Part shown: piece by piece, positions 1-8,693 of the stretch | Layout of the letters: every line of letters starts with the position of its first letter | Numbering within the stretch: the stretch's first letter is position 1 | IMG/VR virus record: IMGVR_UViG_3300044980_000010 | Coordinates: 39,947 to 103,946 of that record | Length of the DNA stretch: 64,000 nt | Direction: 5' to 3' (one strand) | From: a virus | The notes under the pieces: model-generated | The model's input: the letters and a program-made list of their open reading frames with translations, nothing else | Told to the model about the DNA's origin: nothing | The model's database searches: none | Program-made: the position numbers and the translations under genes

Positions 1-480
1 AAGTTTTACTCCAGCGTGCGACTCAGCATCAGCCGCAAGGAAGCGATCTGGGAAGGCACCAAGGAAAACATCATCGGGCACAGCATTGACCTTCGCTGCG
101 TCAAGAACGGCGGCGGCATTCCGTTCCGGCGCACGCAGATCAACCTGATCTACCCCGGCAAGGGGCGGCAACCGGGATTCGACAAGATCGACAACATGAT
201 CGAGTTCGCGGACGGTCGCGGCCTGTTCGACAAGCGCGGCAGTTGGTACTGGCTCGATCTCGGCAATGTCGAGACAAAAGAAGTGAAGGGCGTACCAGTG
301 CCTGCGCTGAAGGACGGAAAGCCCGTGCCTATAGGGCCAGAAAAAATCGCAAACGGAATGGACAACCTGAAGGCTTTTCTTGGGACCAGACCGGATGTGA
401 TTTCGCTATTGCAAAAACGTGTCACGGCGCTCATCCAGAAAGAAGAAGAGCAACCCGTGGGGGCGGTGCCAAGTGTCTGA
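1..480 (+). CDS. recA: RecA-like recombinase, C-terminal part (5' truncated by window)
   Basis: Frame reads KFYSSVRLSISR...VKN...PFR...KRGSWY, matching the RecA LKFYASVRL / VKNK..PF / GSWY motifs. Confidence 0.85.
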   Translation, partial: KFYSSVRLSISRKEAIWEGTKENIIGHSIDLRCVKNGGGIPFRRTQINLIYPGKGRQPGFDKIDNMIEFADGRGLFDKRGSWYWLDLGNVETKEVKGVPVPALKDGKPVPIGPEKIANGMDNLKAFLGTRPDVISLLQKRVTALIQKEEEQPVGAVPSV

Positions 481-1051
481 GCACAGAGGCATCCTCTACA
501 CGTACAGCGGTAAGATTGCGTTCCCCGGTGGAGCGCCCTCACTTCTCGATACAGCCGTCTCGCTGTCGAGAGAGGGACGCTTCGCCGGGGCGGGGCAGAG
601 ATTCTTCCCTGTCGCACTGCACTCATTCGTGGTGGCTGATCTGCTCCCCGTTGGTTTGCAGTTCGATGGACTGATGCACGACTCTCCAGAGGTCATCACT
701 GGCGACACACCGAAGCCAGCGAAGACTGACGAGATCGAACAGTTTGAAGAAGAACTGCTCGCTGCCAAATACACAGAGATGCGTGTAACTTTTCCGAACG
801 AAGGCATCCGGCACACCGTGAAGGAAGCGGATCGCAAGGTCATGCGCGGCGAGGTCTACACTGTGGGCAACCTGTGGCTACAGGAGTTTTACCAACCGTG
901 CCCAGAGGCAGAGGAGTTGATTTTCAAGTACGTCAAGGAATACACCTACGAGGACATGCTTGAGGCAAGCGGTCGAGTGCCCATGGAGTTCATGCGTAGG
1001 TTCCGGCTGTACAGGCTTCAGTTATCACCAGATCGTCTTGTGAAGACGTAA
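473..1051 (+). CDS. HD-domain deoxynucleotide phosphohydrolase (YfbR/YfdR-like)
   Basis: LSREGRFAG, VALHS, LMHDSPEVITGD, VKEAD motifs; GTG start overlaps the end of recA. Confidence 0.75.
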   Translation: MSEHRGILYTYSGKIAFPGGAPSLLDTAVSLSREGRFAGAGQRFFPVALHSFVVADLLPVGLQFDGLMHDSPEVITGDTPKPAKTDEIEQFEEELLAAKYTEMRVTFPNEGIRHTVKEADRKVMRGEVYTVGNLWLQEFYQPCPEAEELIFKYVKEYTYEDMLEASGRVPMEFMRRFRLYRLQLSPDRLVKT

Positions 1052-1070
1052 ACTCACACAAGGAGACCCA

Positions 1071-1628
1071 ATGTGCGCTCAACCCAATACCCCGAACACT
1101 CCCAGCACTTCCACCAAGCAGGCGTCCACCAAGCCGGAGCCGAAGTGGTTAACGTTGAAGAAGAAGAACTTGTCTTCAGCCGGAAGGAACGCAAAGCGTA
1201 CCGCCAAGCAATCCTCCAGCAGCGCACAGAAGCCAAACCAGCAGTCACGAAACGAAAAGCGAGCACGGTGGGCAAAGAAAAATAAGCCCACGGCTAAACG
1301 CCCAGCCGCGCCGCGTGGTCCCGTGAAGGAGTACCTGTGCGATTGCCATGGAGAACCCGCCCGAAAGCCCAGAGCCGGGACGAAGGTAGCAGTGCAAGAC
1401 CCCGAGTCGAAAAAGATGAAGGACAAGTTTCTCGGCCTCGGGAAGTGGCGCTGTGCCACTACTGGGAAACGCTGCAAGGTAACTCCTCAGGCTCCGAAGC
1501 CCAAAGAAGTGCCGCAGCCAACAATCGGAGGGACGGTGCCGGACATCATCTATCCGGCCAAGCTACAGACTCCGATGCTCGTTGTGCCACCACCCACGGA
1601 GGTGCTGGATGCGACAACTGCGGTCTAA
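1071..1628 (+). CDS. Basic hypothetical protein with Cys/His cluster
   Basis: AGGAG RBS; CDCH...C...C; start ambiguous with overlapping ORF 1073-1285. Confidence 0.5.
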   Translation: MCAQPNTPNTPSTSTKQASTKPEPKWLTLKKKNLSSAGRNAKRTAKQSSSSAQKPNQQSRNEKRARWAKKNKPTAKRPAAPRGPVKEYLCDCHGEPARKPRAGTKVAVQDPESKKMKDKFLGLGKWRCATTGKRCKVTPQAPKPKEVPQPTIGGTVPDIIYPAKLQTPMLVVPPPTEVLDATTAV

Positions 1629-1803
1629 CGATTGGGAGTATATCGTGGCGGGGGTCAATCTGATCCTCGCCTTCATCCTCATCGCGGCGTGGAAGCGTAC
1701 AGGCAGCGATGCCTACGCTATGGCCTCGGCGTGGTGCTCTGCAACATCAGTGGTCATGCTCGTTCAGATTCTACGGAGGGTTATCCATGACGGTAGGCAT
1801 TAA
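1609..1803 (+). CDS. Small 2-TM membrane protein
   Basis: GGAGG RBS, two hydrophobic segments. Confidence 0.55.
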   Translation: MRQLRSNDWEYIVAGVNLILAFILIAAWKRTGSDAYAMASAWCSATSVVMLVQILRRVIHDGRH

Positions 1804-2197
1804 AGGCCAACACATCTTCATCGTTCTGTTCTTCTTGCTCGCGTTGTTCCTGCTGTTTGAGGAAGAATCTAACGGAGCCGTGGGGAAGAGGCACGACAAC
1901 TCGCTTGGCACCATGATGTACATGGACAACCCAATGTCGTACGTAGCTGGCTTAGTCACTGCGATTGCCTACGTCGATGAGGGCAAAGGAATCGTGGTGC
2001 GCGTGCAGCCCATTGGGACGTACAGCCTGTACACCGACGAGAAGCTATTCTGCAATCCCGGCGCGGTCGAGAAGTTCAAGAACGTGGGGAACCCCATGGT
2101 GCTCACCTACCGCACCAAAGCAAGTCGCCTGATCGAAGGTATCGGATGCCACGAGCTAGTGAGCGTAGACGGCTTGAAGCCGAAGGAGATACAATGA
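1787..2197 (+). CDS. Membrane-anchored hypothetical protein
   Basis: GGAGG RBS; N-terminal TM helix IFIVLFFLLALFLLF. Confidence 0.65.
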   Translation: MTVGIKGQHIFIVLFFLLALFLLFEEESNGAVGKRHDNSLGTMMYMDNPMSYVAGLVTAIAYVDEGKGIVVRVQPIGTYSLYTDEKLFCNPGAVEKFKNVGNPMVLTYRTKASRLIEGIGCHELVSVDGLKPKEIQ

Positions 2198-2448
2198 ACG
2201 TCACACACACAATGTGCGACCGAGAGTTCTGCAAGCACGACCATGCTCTCAAGAACAGCTTGTTCAAAGAGAGGAAGGCTGATGGTGCCGGGAGCAGCGA
2301 GGACTGGTTCTATGTTTTCGATCTCTGTGCCACCTGTCAACAAACGCTGATCGACGAAATCTTTGAGATCGTTCGCGTACGCCCATTCACCGAAGTGGAT
2401 GCGCTGGCTCTGCTCAAGAAACTCCTTATCAAGTTCAGGGTGGGATAG
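2194..2448 (+). CDS. Hypothetical protein, possible Zn finger
   Basis: AGGAG RBS, ATGA overlap, CDREFC...DLCATC. Confidence 0.6.
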   Translation: MNVTHTMCDREFCKHDHALKNSLFKERKADGAGSSEDWFYVFDLCATCQQTLIDEIFEIVRVRPFTEVDALALLKKLLIKFRVG

Positions 2449-2601
2449 ATGCAAACACTGAGCGCAATAGGGAGCGTAGCCTCCATCTTGGGCCTGCTCG
2501 TTTCCCTATACGTTCTGTGGAGAGAGTTGGCTCTGCAAGCCGACGTGACAAAACTCAAGAAGGAAGAAGAGGATTGGCATGACCACAACCCTCGTCCGTA
2601 A
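2449..2601 (+). CDS. 50-aa single-TM protein (holin-like candidate)
   Basis: Hand-translated MQTLSAIGSVASILGLLVSLYVLWRELALQ...; abuts the previous stop; upstream of the lysozyme. Confidence 0.5.
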   Translation: MQTLSAIGSVASILGLLVSLYVLWRELALQADVTKLKKEEEDWHDHNPRP

Positions 2602-2815
2602 ACAAAGTTTGATCGAGCGGCTGCTTCGATGCAAGCATACCGCTGGAGAGTTCCGGTGCTGCAAGTACATCTGGCACCGCTGGTTTGGAACCGACATGAA
2701 CCGATGGAGCCACTGCTACTACGAAGGGTGGCACACGGACTGCAAAGGCAGCAGGAGATGGGACAATGAATATGCAGTACTCAAAGCAGGGCCTACAACT
2801 CACCGAATCGTTTGA
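2579..2815 (+). CDS. Hypothetical Cys/His/Trp-rich protein
   Basis: ORF fills the gap before the lysozyme; GAGG RBS. Confidence 0.4.
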   Translation: MTTTLVRKQSLIERLLRCKHTAGEFRCCKYIWHRWFGTDMNRWSHCYYEGWHTDCKGSRRWDNEYAVLKAGPTTHRIV

Positions 2816-3206
2816 GTCGTGCAGGCTGACAGCATACCCGGACATCAAAGGCATCTGGACAATCGGCTGGGGTCACACTGGGCCGGAAGTAGTCGAAGGC
2901 TTGGTGTGGACTCAGGACCAGGCCGACAGTCAACTCGTGATCGACCTGCAACGGGCCGAGAACATGGTGAACAACAACGTCACCGTCGATTTGACGCAGG
3001 GGCAGTTCGACGCTCTGGTTGACTTCGCGTTCAACCTCGGCACCAATGCAGAAAAGGGTTCTACGCTGCTAAAGCTGGTCAACGAAAATGACACGCCTGA
3101 TGCTGCGAAAGAGTTCGAGAAGTGGGATCATGCCTCAGGCGTCGTTGTGGCAGGATTGCTGCGCCGTCGCCTAGCGGAGAAGCAGGAGTTCATCAATGGC
3201 GTATAA
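2766..3206 (+). CDS. Phage lysozyme/endolysin (GH24)
   Basis: Catalytic E-x8-D-x5-T (FESCRLTAYPDIKGIWTIGWGHT), QGQFDALVDFAFNLG, GLLRRRLAE. Confidence 0.95.
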   Translation: MNMQYSKQGLQLTESFESCRLTAYPDIKGIWTIGWGHTGPEVVEGLVWTQDQADSQLVIDLQRAENMVNNNVTVDLTQGQFDALVDFAFNLGTNAEKGSTLLKLVNENDTPDAAKEFEKWDHASGVVVAGLLRRRLAEKQEFINGV

Positions 3207-3726
3207 TGAGAAGGCGTGGAAGATCGTCAAGAACTACCTGCCCACTCACTACATCGGAGCCACTGGACCTTGCTGCGACAGGTGCAGCATGATGCTCCGT
3301 GCTGTGGTTGAAGCACAGATGGTAGCCGAGGCCGATAACCGTACCAGTTGTGCTGTCTCCTACAGGCTGGGCTATGACGCTGGCAAGCACGATGCCCATG
3401 TGGACGATCCAGACATGGACGGCACAGACTTCGCGCATCCGGCATGGTGGCGCGGTCACGAGTACTCCTTTGCAATGATGTGCAGAGAAGTGAATGACAT
3501 TCTGGACGGCAAGAAAGCGAACGTGGGAACTGCCACGCAGCCATGGCAAGCATTGCGGCAACGGCTGTACGACATCCGCACGCTGCTAGGTTTAGCCGAG
3601 CGAGTCATCACGCAGATGCACTTCGACCGAATGAGCCAGTTCTACACGACCATTATGCAGTGGTACAAGGTTCGCCAAGACTACGCAAAGCGCGTGGCTC
3701 AAATCCAAAAGGAGAACACCAAGTGA
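3196..3726 (+). CDS. Hypothetical phage protein
   Basis: AGGAG RBS; DGTDFAHPAWWRG motif. Confidence 0.65.
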   Translation: MAYNEKAWKIVKNYLPTHYIGATGPCCDRCSMMLRAVVEAQMVAEADNRTSCAVSYRLGYDAGKHDAHVDDPDMDGTDFAHPAWWRGHEYSFAMMCREVNDILDGKKANVGTATQPWQALRQRLYDIRTLLGLAERVITQMHFDRMSQFYTTIMQWYKVRQDYAKRVAQIQKENTK

Positions 3727-4004
3727 TCGTTAAGCACATTGGAGCAGACGGCAGGGTGCGCCGGACGTTTGAAAACGTCAGTAGCATCTACCAGCACCAA
3801 AGCAATCACATCGTCACCGTTAACCGCGCACAACTCTATACCCAGACCGAGGGTGGCGTACCAACAGGGTTGACAGCCATGGAGGTGCCTCTGAAATACC
3901 GCACCGACAGTTTTGGGTGGAGCGTTGAGTACCCCATTTCTCTGATCCACTTGGCTGAAGGAGAATCAGTGGAGAGAGCAGACGATGAGCCTGCACGGGG
4001 TTAA
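3723..4004 (+). CDS. Hypothetical protein
   Basis: AGGAG RBS, GTGA overlap. Confidence 0.55.
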   Translation: MIVKHIGADGRVRRTFENVSSIYQHQSNHIVTVNRAQLYTQTEGGVPTGLTAMEVPLKYRTDSFGWSVEYPISLIHLAEGESVERADDEPARG

Positions 4005-4149
4005 CTGGGGCGTTGTCGGAGGCTGGGCCGGAGCGGTGCTCAGTCTCATCTCGGCAGTGGGCTATGCGTACGCCAGAGACTGGCGGCATGCTTTGTACTT
4101 CTTCTTCGCGTTTGGAATAACCGTTGTAGTCATCTGGCCGGGGAGGTAA
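3985..4149 (+). CDS. 54-aa 2-TM membrane protein
   Basis: Hand-translated MSLHGVNWGVVGGWAGAVLSLISAVGYAYARDWRHALYFFFAFGITVVVIWPGR. Confidence 0.55.
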   Translation: MSLHGVNWGVVGGWAGAVLSLISAVGYAYARDWRHALYFFFAFGITVVVIWPGR

Positions 4150-4150
4150 A

Positions 4151-4615
4151 ATGCCGAAGGGCGTGTACGAAAGATCGCCGGGACACCTAAAGAAACTGAC
4201 GGCGCAAGTACTCAGGATCAAGCCTGAGCAAATGCGTGGTGTGTCGCACGGCGGCAAGGCACCACGTGGCTCTGAAGCCTTCAAACAACTATTGCGCGAT
4301 GATCGAAACAGATACTCACGCACACCGAAGGGTCGCTACCAGCATTTGAAGTCCTCAGCGAAGTTACGAGGGCTTGAACTGAACCTCTCCTTGGAGGAGA
4401 TGGAGGAAGTCAGAGCTATAGCCATCTGCTTTTATTGCAGAGGGCCGCTTCCGCAATGTGGGCACGGGTTAGACCGACTCAACAGTGACAAGGGCTACAC
4501 CAAAGAGAACGTAGTGGCCTGCTGTAGCGGCTGCAACCGTAAGAAGGGCAGGCTTGAGGGGATAGGATTCAAGTTCCCACGGACTGTCGCTCTGATGAAG
4601 GAGCTAATGCAATGA
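4151..4615 (+). CDS. HNH homing endonuclease
   Basis: CFYC...GLDRLNSDKGYTKENVVACCSGCNRKK. Confidence 0.85.
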   Translation: MPKGVYERSPGHLKKLTAQVLRIKPEQMRGVSHGGKAPRGSEAFKQLLRDDRNRYSRTPKGRYQHLKSSAKLRGLELNLSLEEMEEVRAIAICFYCRGPLPQCGHGLDRLNSDKGYTKENVVACCSGCNRKKGRLEGIGFKFPRTVALMKELMQ

Positions 4616-5058
4616 ATCGCATATTTATCGACATGGATGGAGTGCTGGTGGACTTCCAGAAGCGCATGGAAGAACGCGGACTCACCGGAGACGAACTGAA
4701 GCGCGAGCAGGGTGCCTACCTTAGCATGCCTCCGTTCCCCGGTGGGCTGGAAGCGGTTCGCTCTCTCATTGGCGCAGGCTTCGAGGTATGGGTTGCCACC
4801 AAGCCGCCTACGGGAATCTGGTGGGCGTACGCGGACAAGGCTGAGTGGGTCATACAGCACCTGCCGGAGTTGAAGCGCCGCATCATCATCACGCATGACA
4901 AAGGTCTGCTGGGCGACGAAGGAGACATACTCGTCGATGACAGGCCACACAAAGCGAACTGCGAGAAGTTCCGTGGTACGCTGATCCGCTTCGGCCAGTT
5001 CCAATGGAAATCTTGGACCGAGGTGCTGGGATACCTGTTGAGCAGGAAGCCACAATGA
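4612..5058 (+). CDS. HAD-family 5'(3')-deoxyribonucleotidase (NT5C-like)
   Basis: IFIDMDGVLVDF, K..WV..HLP, DILVDD. Confidence 0.9.
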   Translation: MNRIFIDMDGVLVDFQKRMEERGLTGDELKREQGAYLSMPPFPGGLEAVRSLIGAGFEVWVATKPPTGIWWAYADKAEWVIQHLPELKRRIIITHDKGLLGDEGDILVDDRPHKANCEKFRGTLIRFGQFQWKSWTEVLGYLLSRKPQ

Positions 5059-5390
5059 TCGGAGAAGACATGGAGTATCCGAAGTGCCCCAAGTGTCCGT
5101 ACAATCAGGATGGACACATCGCACCGTCCACTGTTAAAATAGGAAGCTGGTACTGCCACAAGTGCGGCTCCTACTTCGACAAAATCTCAGGCATCGCTCC
5201 ACCTGCTCCCGAGTTGAAGTCTCTGGTCGTTCTGGAGACCGATGAGAACCTTCGCTGGGCCGCAGAGGAAGTGGAAGGCGCTATCGACAGGGCGCTGGCT
5301 CAGTTCTACGCCGGGATCAACAGCACAGACCGTGAACTGCTGGCGAGCAAGCACATCGCCGTCAATGGCGACTTCAGGAGACCCGAGTGA
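5055..5390 (+). CDS. Zn-ribbon hypothetical protein
   Basis: CPKC...WYCHKCG; ATGA overlap. Confidence 0.6.
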   Translation: MIGEDMEYPKCPKCPYNQDGHIAPSTVKIGSWYCHKCGSYFDKISGIAPPAPELKSLVVLETDENLRWAAEEVEGAIDRALAQFYAGINSTDRELLASKHIAVNGDFRRPE

Positions 5391-5596
5391 ACGCCAGACA
5401 GCGCACACCAGAGCAGAACGCACGGGTAGAGAGACTGGCGAAGGACTTGCATCGCCACTACCGCGCCGGAGAGAAGGCGCTAGGACCTCCATGGATGGAA
5501 CGCCCACGACCACGGCTGGGATGCGTGCAGCAAGCAGAAGTACTTCCGGCAGAGAGCCGTCAGAGAACTACGCGGCGTGCTATAATGAAGTTGTGA
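5387..5596 (+). CDS. Hypothetical protein, probably frameshifted near 5487
   Basis: AGGAG RBS, GTGA overlap; the +1 frame continuation looks more protein-like. Confidence 0.45.
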   Translation: MNARQRTPEQNARVERLAKDLHRHYRAGEKALGPPWMERPRPRLGCVQQAEVLPAESRQRTTRRAIMKL

Positions 5597-5603
5597 GGAG
5601 TAG

Positions 5604-5963
5604 ATGAAGAACCGTAAGAGTTGGAGACGTAAGAGGTGTGAAGGGTGCAAGAAGAAGTTCTGGGTGAGACTGTGCTACTTGCGCCGAAGGTGGAACGCCG
5701 GAAGATTTTGCAGCATACCATGCAGATCAAAGAAGCCACGCCTTTCGGAGTTGAGCAAGAAGATAGGAAAGAAAGTCGCAAGGCAGTACCGCCAGAAGGA
5801 ACTGTTTCAGAAAACTAGGATAAACGCTCTTAGGAGGCTAGTGCTACAACTCGGTAGCAAGGCTAGGAAGTTCTTCAACGTGAAGTGCAAGGTGTGTAAT
5901 CAACTAGAATACGTGGAACGATGCTTCGGAGTTCGTAAGCACAGCGTAATCTGGAGAGGATAA
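5604..5963 (+). CDS. Very basic Zn-finger protein (homing-endonuclease DNA-binding-type module)
   Basis: CEGC...RFCSIPC; GAGGAG RBS; extended -10 TGcTATAAT at 5578-5586. Confidence 0.55.
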   Translation: MKNRKSWRRKRCEGCKKKFWVRLCYLRRRWNAGRFCSIPCRSKKPRLSELSKKIGKKVARQYRQKELFQKTRINALRRLVLQLGSKARKFFNVKCKVCNQLEYVERCFGVRKHSVIWRG

Positions 5964-5967
5964 ATAT

Positions 5968-6552
5968 ATGCGTATTGGGATAGATTGCGACGACGTGTGT
6001 TGTGATTTCCAGAGTTCCTACGTGGCTCTGTTGAATAGGATTTTCGGGAAACCTCCATTGGGGACAGCACCCATTGACTGGGAAGGTTCCAATCTTCAAC
6101 TGAACGCAGAGGAAACAGCACGGTCATGGGCTGAGGTTGCCAAAGTGAAGAACTTCTGGTCAACTCTTGCCCCTCTCCCTTCTTTCGATACAGAGACCAT
6201 CAGGTTGCTACAGACTGCGTTAACTCTGCATGACGTGTTCTTCGTAACCAACCGCTTCGAGACACCGGGAGCCAGCCCGTTGAAGCAGACGAAGTACTGG
6301 CTGTACATCAACGCTTACATCCAAGCGCCAAACGTGCTGATCGCCAAGGACAAAGGCCCCATGGCTTCAGTCCTGCAACTCGATGCCTTCATCGACGACC
6401 GTCCGAAGAACTGCATCGACGTGCTGGCTGCGCGGCCTGCCTGCAAGATTTATCTGGCCGACTCCTCGCACAACCAAGCCTTCAACGATCCGCGCTTCCC
6501 GCGTGTGAAAGACCTGAAGGAGTTCTTGAAGCTGATCTTGGAGGCTAACTAA
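5968..6552 (+). CDS. Second HAD-family 5'-nucleotidase
   Basis: MRIGIDCDDVCCDF, FVTNR, AFIDDRPKN. Confidence 0.85.
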   Translation: MRIGIDCDDVCCDFQSSYVALLNRIFGKPPLGTAPIDWEGSNLQLNAEETARSWAEVAKVKNFWSTLAPLPSFDTETIRLLQTALTLHDVFFVTNRFETPGASPLKQTKYWLYINAYIQAPNVLIAKDKGPMASVLQLDAFIDDRPKNCIDVLAARPACKIYLADSSHNQAFNDPRFPRVKDLKEFLKLILEAN

Positions 6553-6722
6553 TGGCGAAGACGCCTGCCGAGAAGATCGCTGATTTGATTCGCAAGACGA
6601 GCACGGATAACCGTGGCGACTTGTTCCGCGAGATCGCGGTCGCACTGAAGACTAACGGCCAAGCGTACACGGCGAAGGGTTTTGATGTCCTCGCCGTGGT
6701 CTACGAGAAAGGATTCTGCTAA
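6552..6722 (+). CDS. 56-aa hypothetical protein
   Basis: GGAGG RBS; TAATG overlaps at both ends. Confidence 0.6.
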   Translation: MAKTPAEKIADLIRKTSTDNRGDLFREIAVALKTNGQAYTAKGFDVLAVVYEKGFC

Positions 6723-7291
6723 TGTTCGGAAACGACATTGAAGGTCGCTACAAGCATGACAGCACGTTCCGGCGCGTCGTGGATCAGATGCGTGCTCTGC
6801 TTAGTGCCTACCACATCACTCCCGGCGAACTGCGCGAGGCTTCCATCCTAGCCGCGACGATGCATGAGTCCGAGAACATACGGCCTCTCTACATCCTCAA
6901 GTATGACCGGGATGCAATGATTTATCCCATGCGCTTTGACATGAACCCTCCCGCTTTGTTTGGTGGCGACTCTCGTACAGGTCGGTGGGTGACGAGCACT
7001 CCCAACGTAACCGAGCAGGACAAGAAGTCTGAGCCTGAGAAACCCAAGTACAAATGCATCTGTAACTACACTGGCACGGTAGCTGCGCTGCATTCTCAGA
7101 CGTGCAAGGATTACAACTGGTCCGTGACTCACCCCTCGCTGTTCACCGAGCACGTGTATGGCGAATGGCACAAAGGTCTGGGCAACGACAATGAGTGGCG
7201 CATGTGTATACGGTGTCAGATGAGCAGCACCTACATCGAGCACAACAAGATCACCACCTGCACTGGCAAGTACGTTCAACCAAAATCATAG
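6722..7291 (+). CDS. Hypothetical protein
   Basis: Translationally coupled ORF; C-terminal Cys/His clusters. Confidence 0.6.
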   Translation: MFGNDIEGRYKHDSTFRRVVDQMRALLSAYHITPGELREASILAATMHESENIRPLYILKYDRDAMIYPMRFDMNPPALFGGDSRTGRWVTSTPNVTEQDKKSEPEKPKYKCICNYTGTVAALHSQTCKDYNWSVTHPSLFTEHVYGEWHKGLGNDNEWRMCIRCQMSSTYIEHNKITTCTGKYVQPKS

Positions 7292-7299
7292 GAGGCACC

Positions 7300-8376
7300 A
7301 TGGCACTCTTCGGCACAGCCGCTGCACCAAAGAAGCTGGACCTGACAAAACGAAATCCCATTCTCGACCCACTGCTCAAGAAGATGCAGGATCGCCTAGT
7401 AGGGCAAGGTAACGCCGCAGAGGTGCTGGTTGACATGGTGGCGACTCACCTGTCAGGTTTCGGTGCTCCCGGTAGGCCAGCAGGCAATGCGCTGCTCCTT
7501 GGGCCTACAGGCGCTGGCAAGACGCACGCCGTGGAGGTTCTGTGCGAGGGACTTGTAGGGGATGCAAAGGGTCTGATCAAAGTAGATTGTGCCGAGTTTC
7601 AACACTCGCACGAGATCGCCAAGCTGATAGGCTCGCCTCCCGGCTACCTAGGGCACCGCGAGACACCTCCTCTGTTGACTCAGGAGCGCATCAACGCGCT
7701 GCACAAAGAGGGCATGCCGTTATCTGTCATTCTCTTCGATGAGATCGAGAAGGCTTCGGACGCTCTGTGGCAGTTGCTGCTGGGCGTGCTCGACAAAGCC
7801 ACGCTGACTCTAGGTGACAACCGCGTGACTAACTTCGAGCACTGCATCATTCTGATGACCTCCAACCTTGGTGCTAAGGAGATGCACGCCAAGAAGTACG
7901 GCTTCAAACAGAGCGAAGAGATCGAAATCATCAACGATGAGAAGAACGAGGAGATCGCGCTCTCTGCCGCCAAGAAGCACTTCACGGCTGAGTTCATCAA
8001 CCGCCTCGATCACATCGTGACGTTCAATACGTTGACCAAGCCGCAGGTGGCTCAGGTTATGAAGATCGAACTGGACCTGATCCAGAAGATGTTCTGGGAC
8101 AAGGCGAAGTTCATCTACCAACTCACCCCTGCTGCGAAGTACACGATCTTGGAAGAGGGCTACAGCATCGAGTACGGCGCTCGCAATCTGAAGCGCGTCA
8201 TTGAGAAGCGCCTGCGGCTTCCGCTGGCTGGACTAGTGTCCTCTGGGCAGATTTCACCGGGAGCTACACTGGTCATCGACCAAGCCCACCCGAAGGACAA
8301 GCAGTTCGAGTTCATCTCGACCAAGCTGGCCGGGACGAACATCACATTCAAAGATGCCGAGGAGGCAATATTATGA
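7300..8376 (+). CDS. Stand-alone ClpA/ClpB D2-type AAA+ ATPase
   Basis: LVGQ, Walker A GPTGAGKT, KLIGSPPGYLGH, Walker B ILFDEIEKA, MTSNLG, EFINRLD, YGARNLKR. Confidence 0.9.
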   Translation: MALFGTAAAPKKLDLTKRNPILDPLLKKMQDRLVGQGNAAEVLVDMVATHLSGFGAPGRPAGNALLLGPTGAGKTHAVEVLCEGLVGDAKGLIKVDCAEFQHSHEIAKLIGSPPGYLGHRETPPLLTQERINALHKEGMPLSVILFDEIEKASDALWQLLLGVLDKATLTLGDNRVTNFEHCIILMTSNLGAKEMHAKKYGFKQSEEIEIINDEKNEEIALSAAKKHFTAEFINRLDHIVTFNTLTKPQVAQVMKIELDLIQKMFWDKAKFIYQLTPAAKYTILEEGYSIEYGARNLKRVIEKRLRLPLAGLVSSGQISPGATLVIDQAHPKDKQFEFISTKLAGTNITFKDAEEAIL

Positions 8377-8693
8377 AGAAAACAAAAGTAACCGTAAAGT
8401 CGCTGCGTGAGGAACTGAAGAACGTGCAAGAGAACTTCGACGTGTACCGCGAGAAGACTCGCGCTTACATCTTCGAGAACGCCAGTCTGGGAAACCGCCG
8501 TCGCCTGATGTCGATCACGCCTGCCAACGAAAAAGGCATGATCAACGGTATGACGATTCCAGAACTGGTCATGCTCGTCAACCTCAACGAAGGAACCGGA
8601 GAAGTGGTTCTGTTGGAGACTGAGAACAACAAGAAAGACCTCGTGGTCATAGCCAAGAAGAAAGGGCCGCGCACCCCGGTGGACCTCCTGTGA
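8373..8693 (+). CDS. Hypothetical protein
   Basis: GGAGG RBS, ATGA overlap. Confidence 0.6.
   Translation: MKKTKVTVKSLREELKNVQENFDVYREKTRAYIFENASLGNRRRLMSITPANEKGMINGMTIPELVMLVNLNEGTGEVVLLETENNKKDLVVIAKKKGPRTPVDLL

Noticed and set aside
1073-1285. Alternative overlapping ORF
   Set aside because: Uses the same RBS as the ATG at 1071, whose ORF fills the gap; cannot be supported independently
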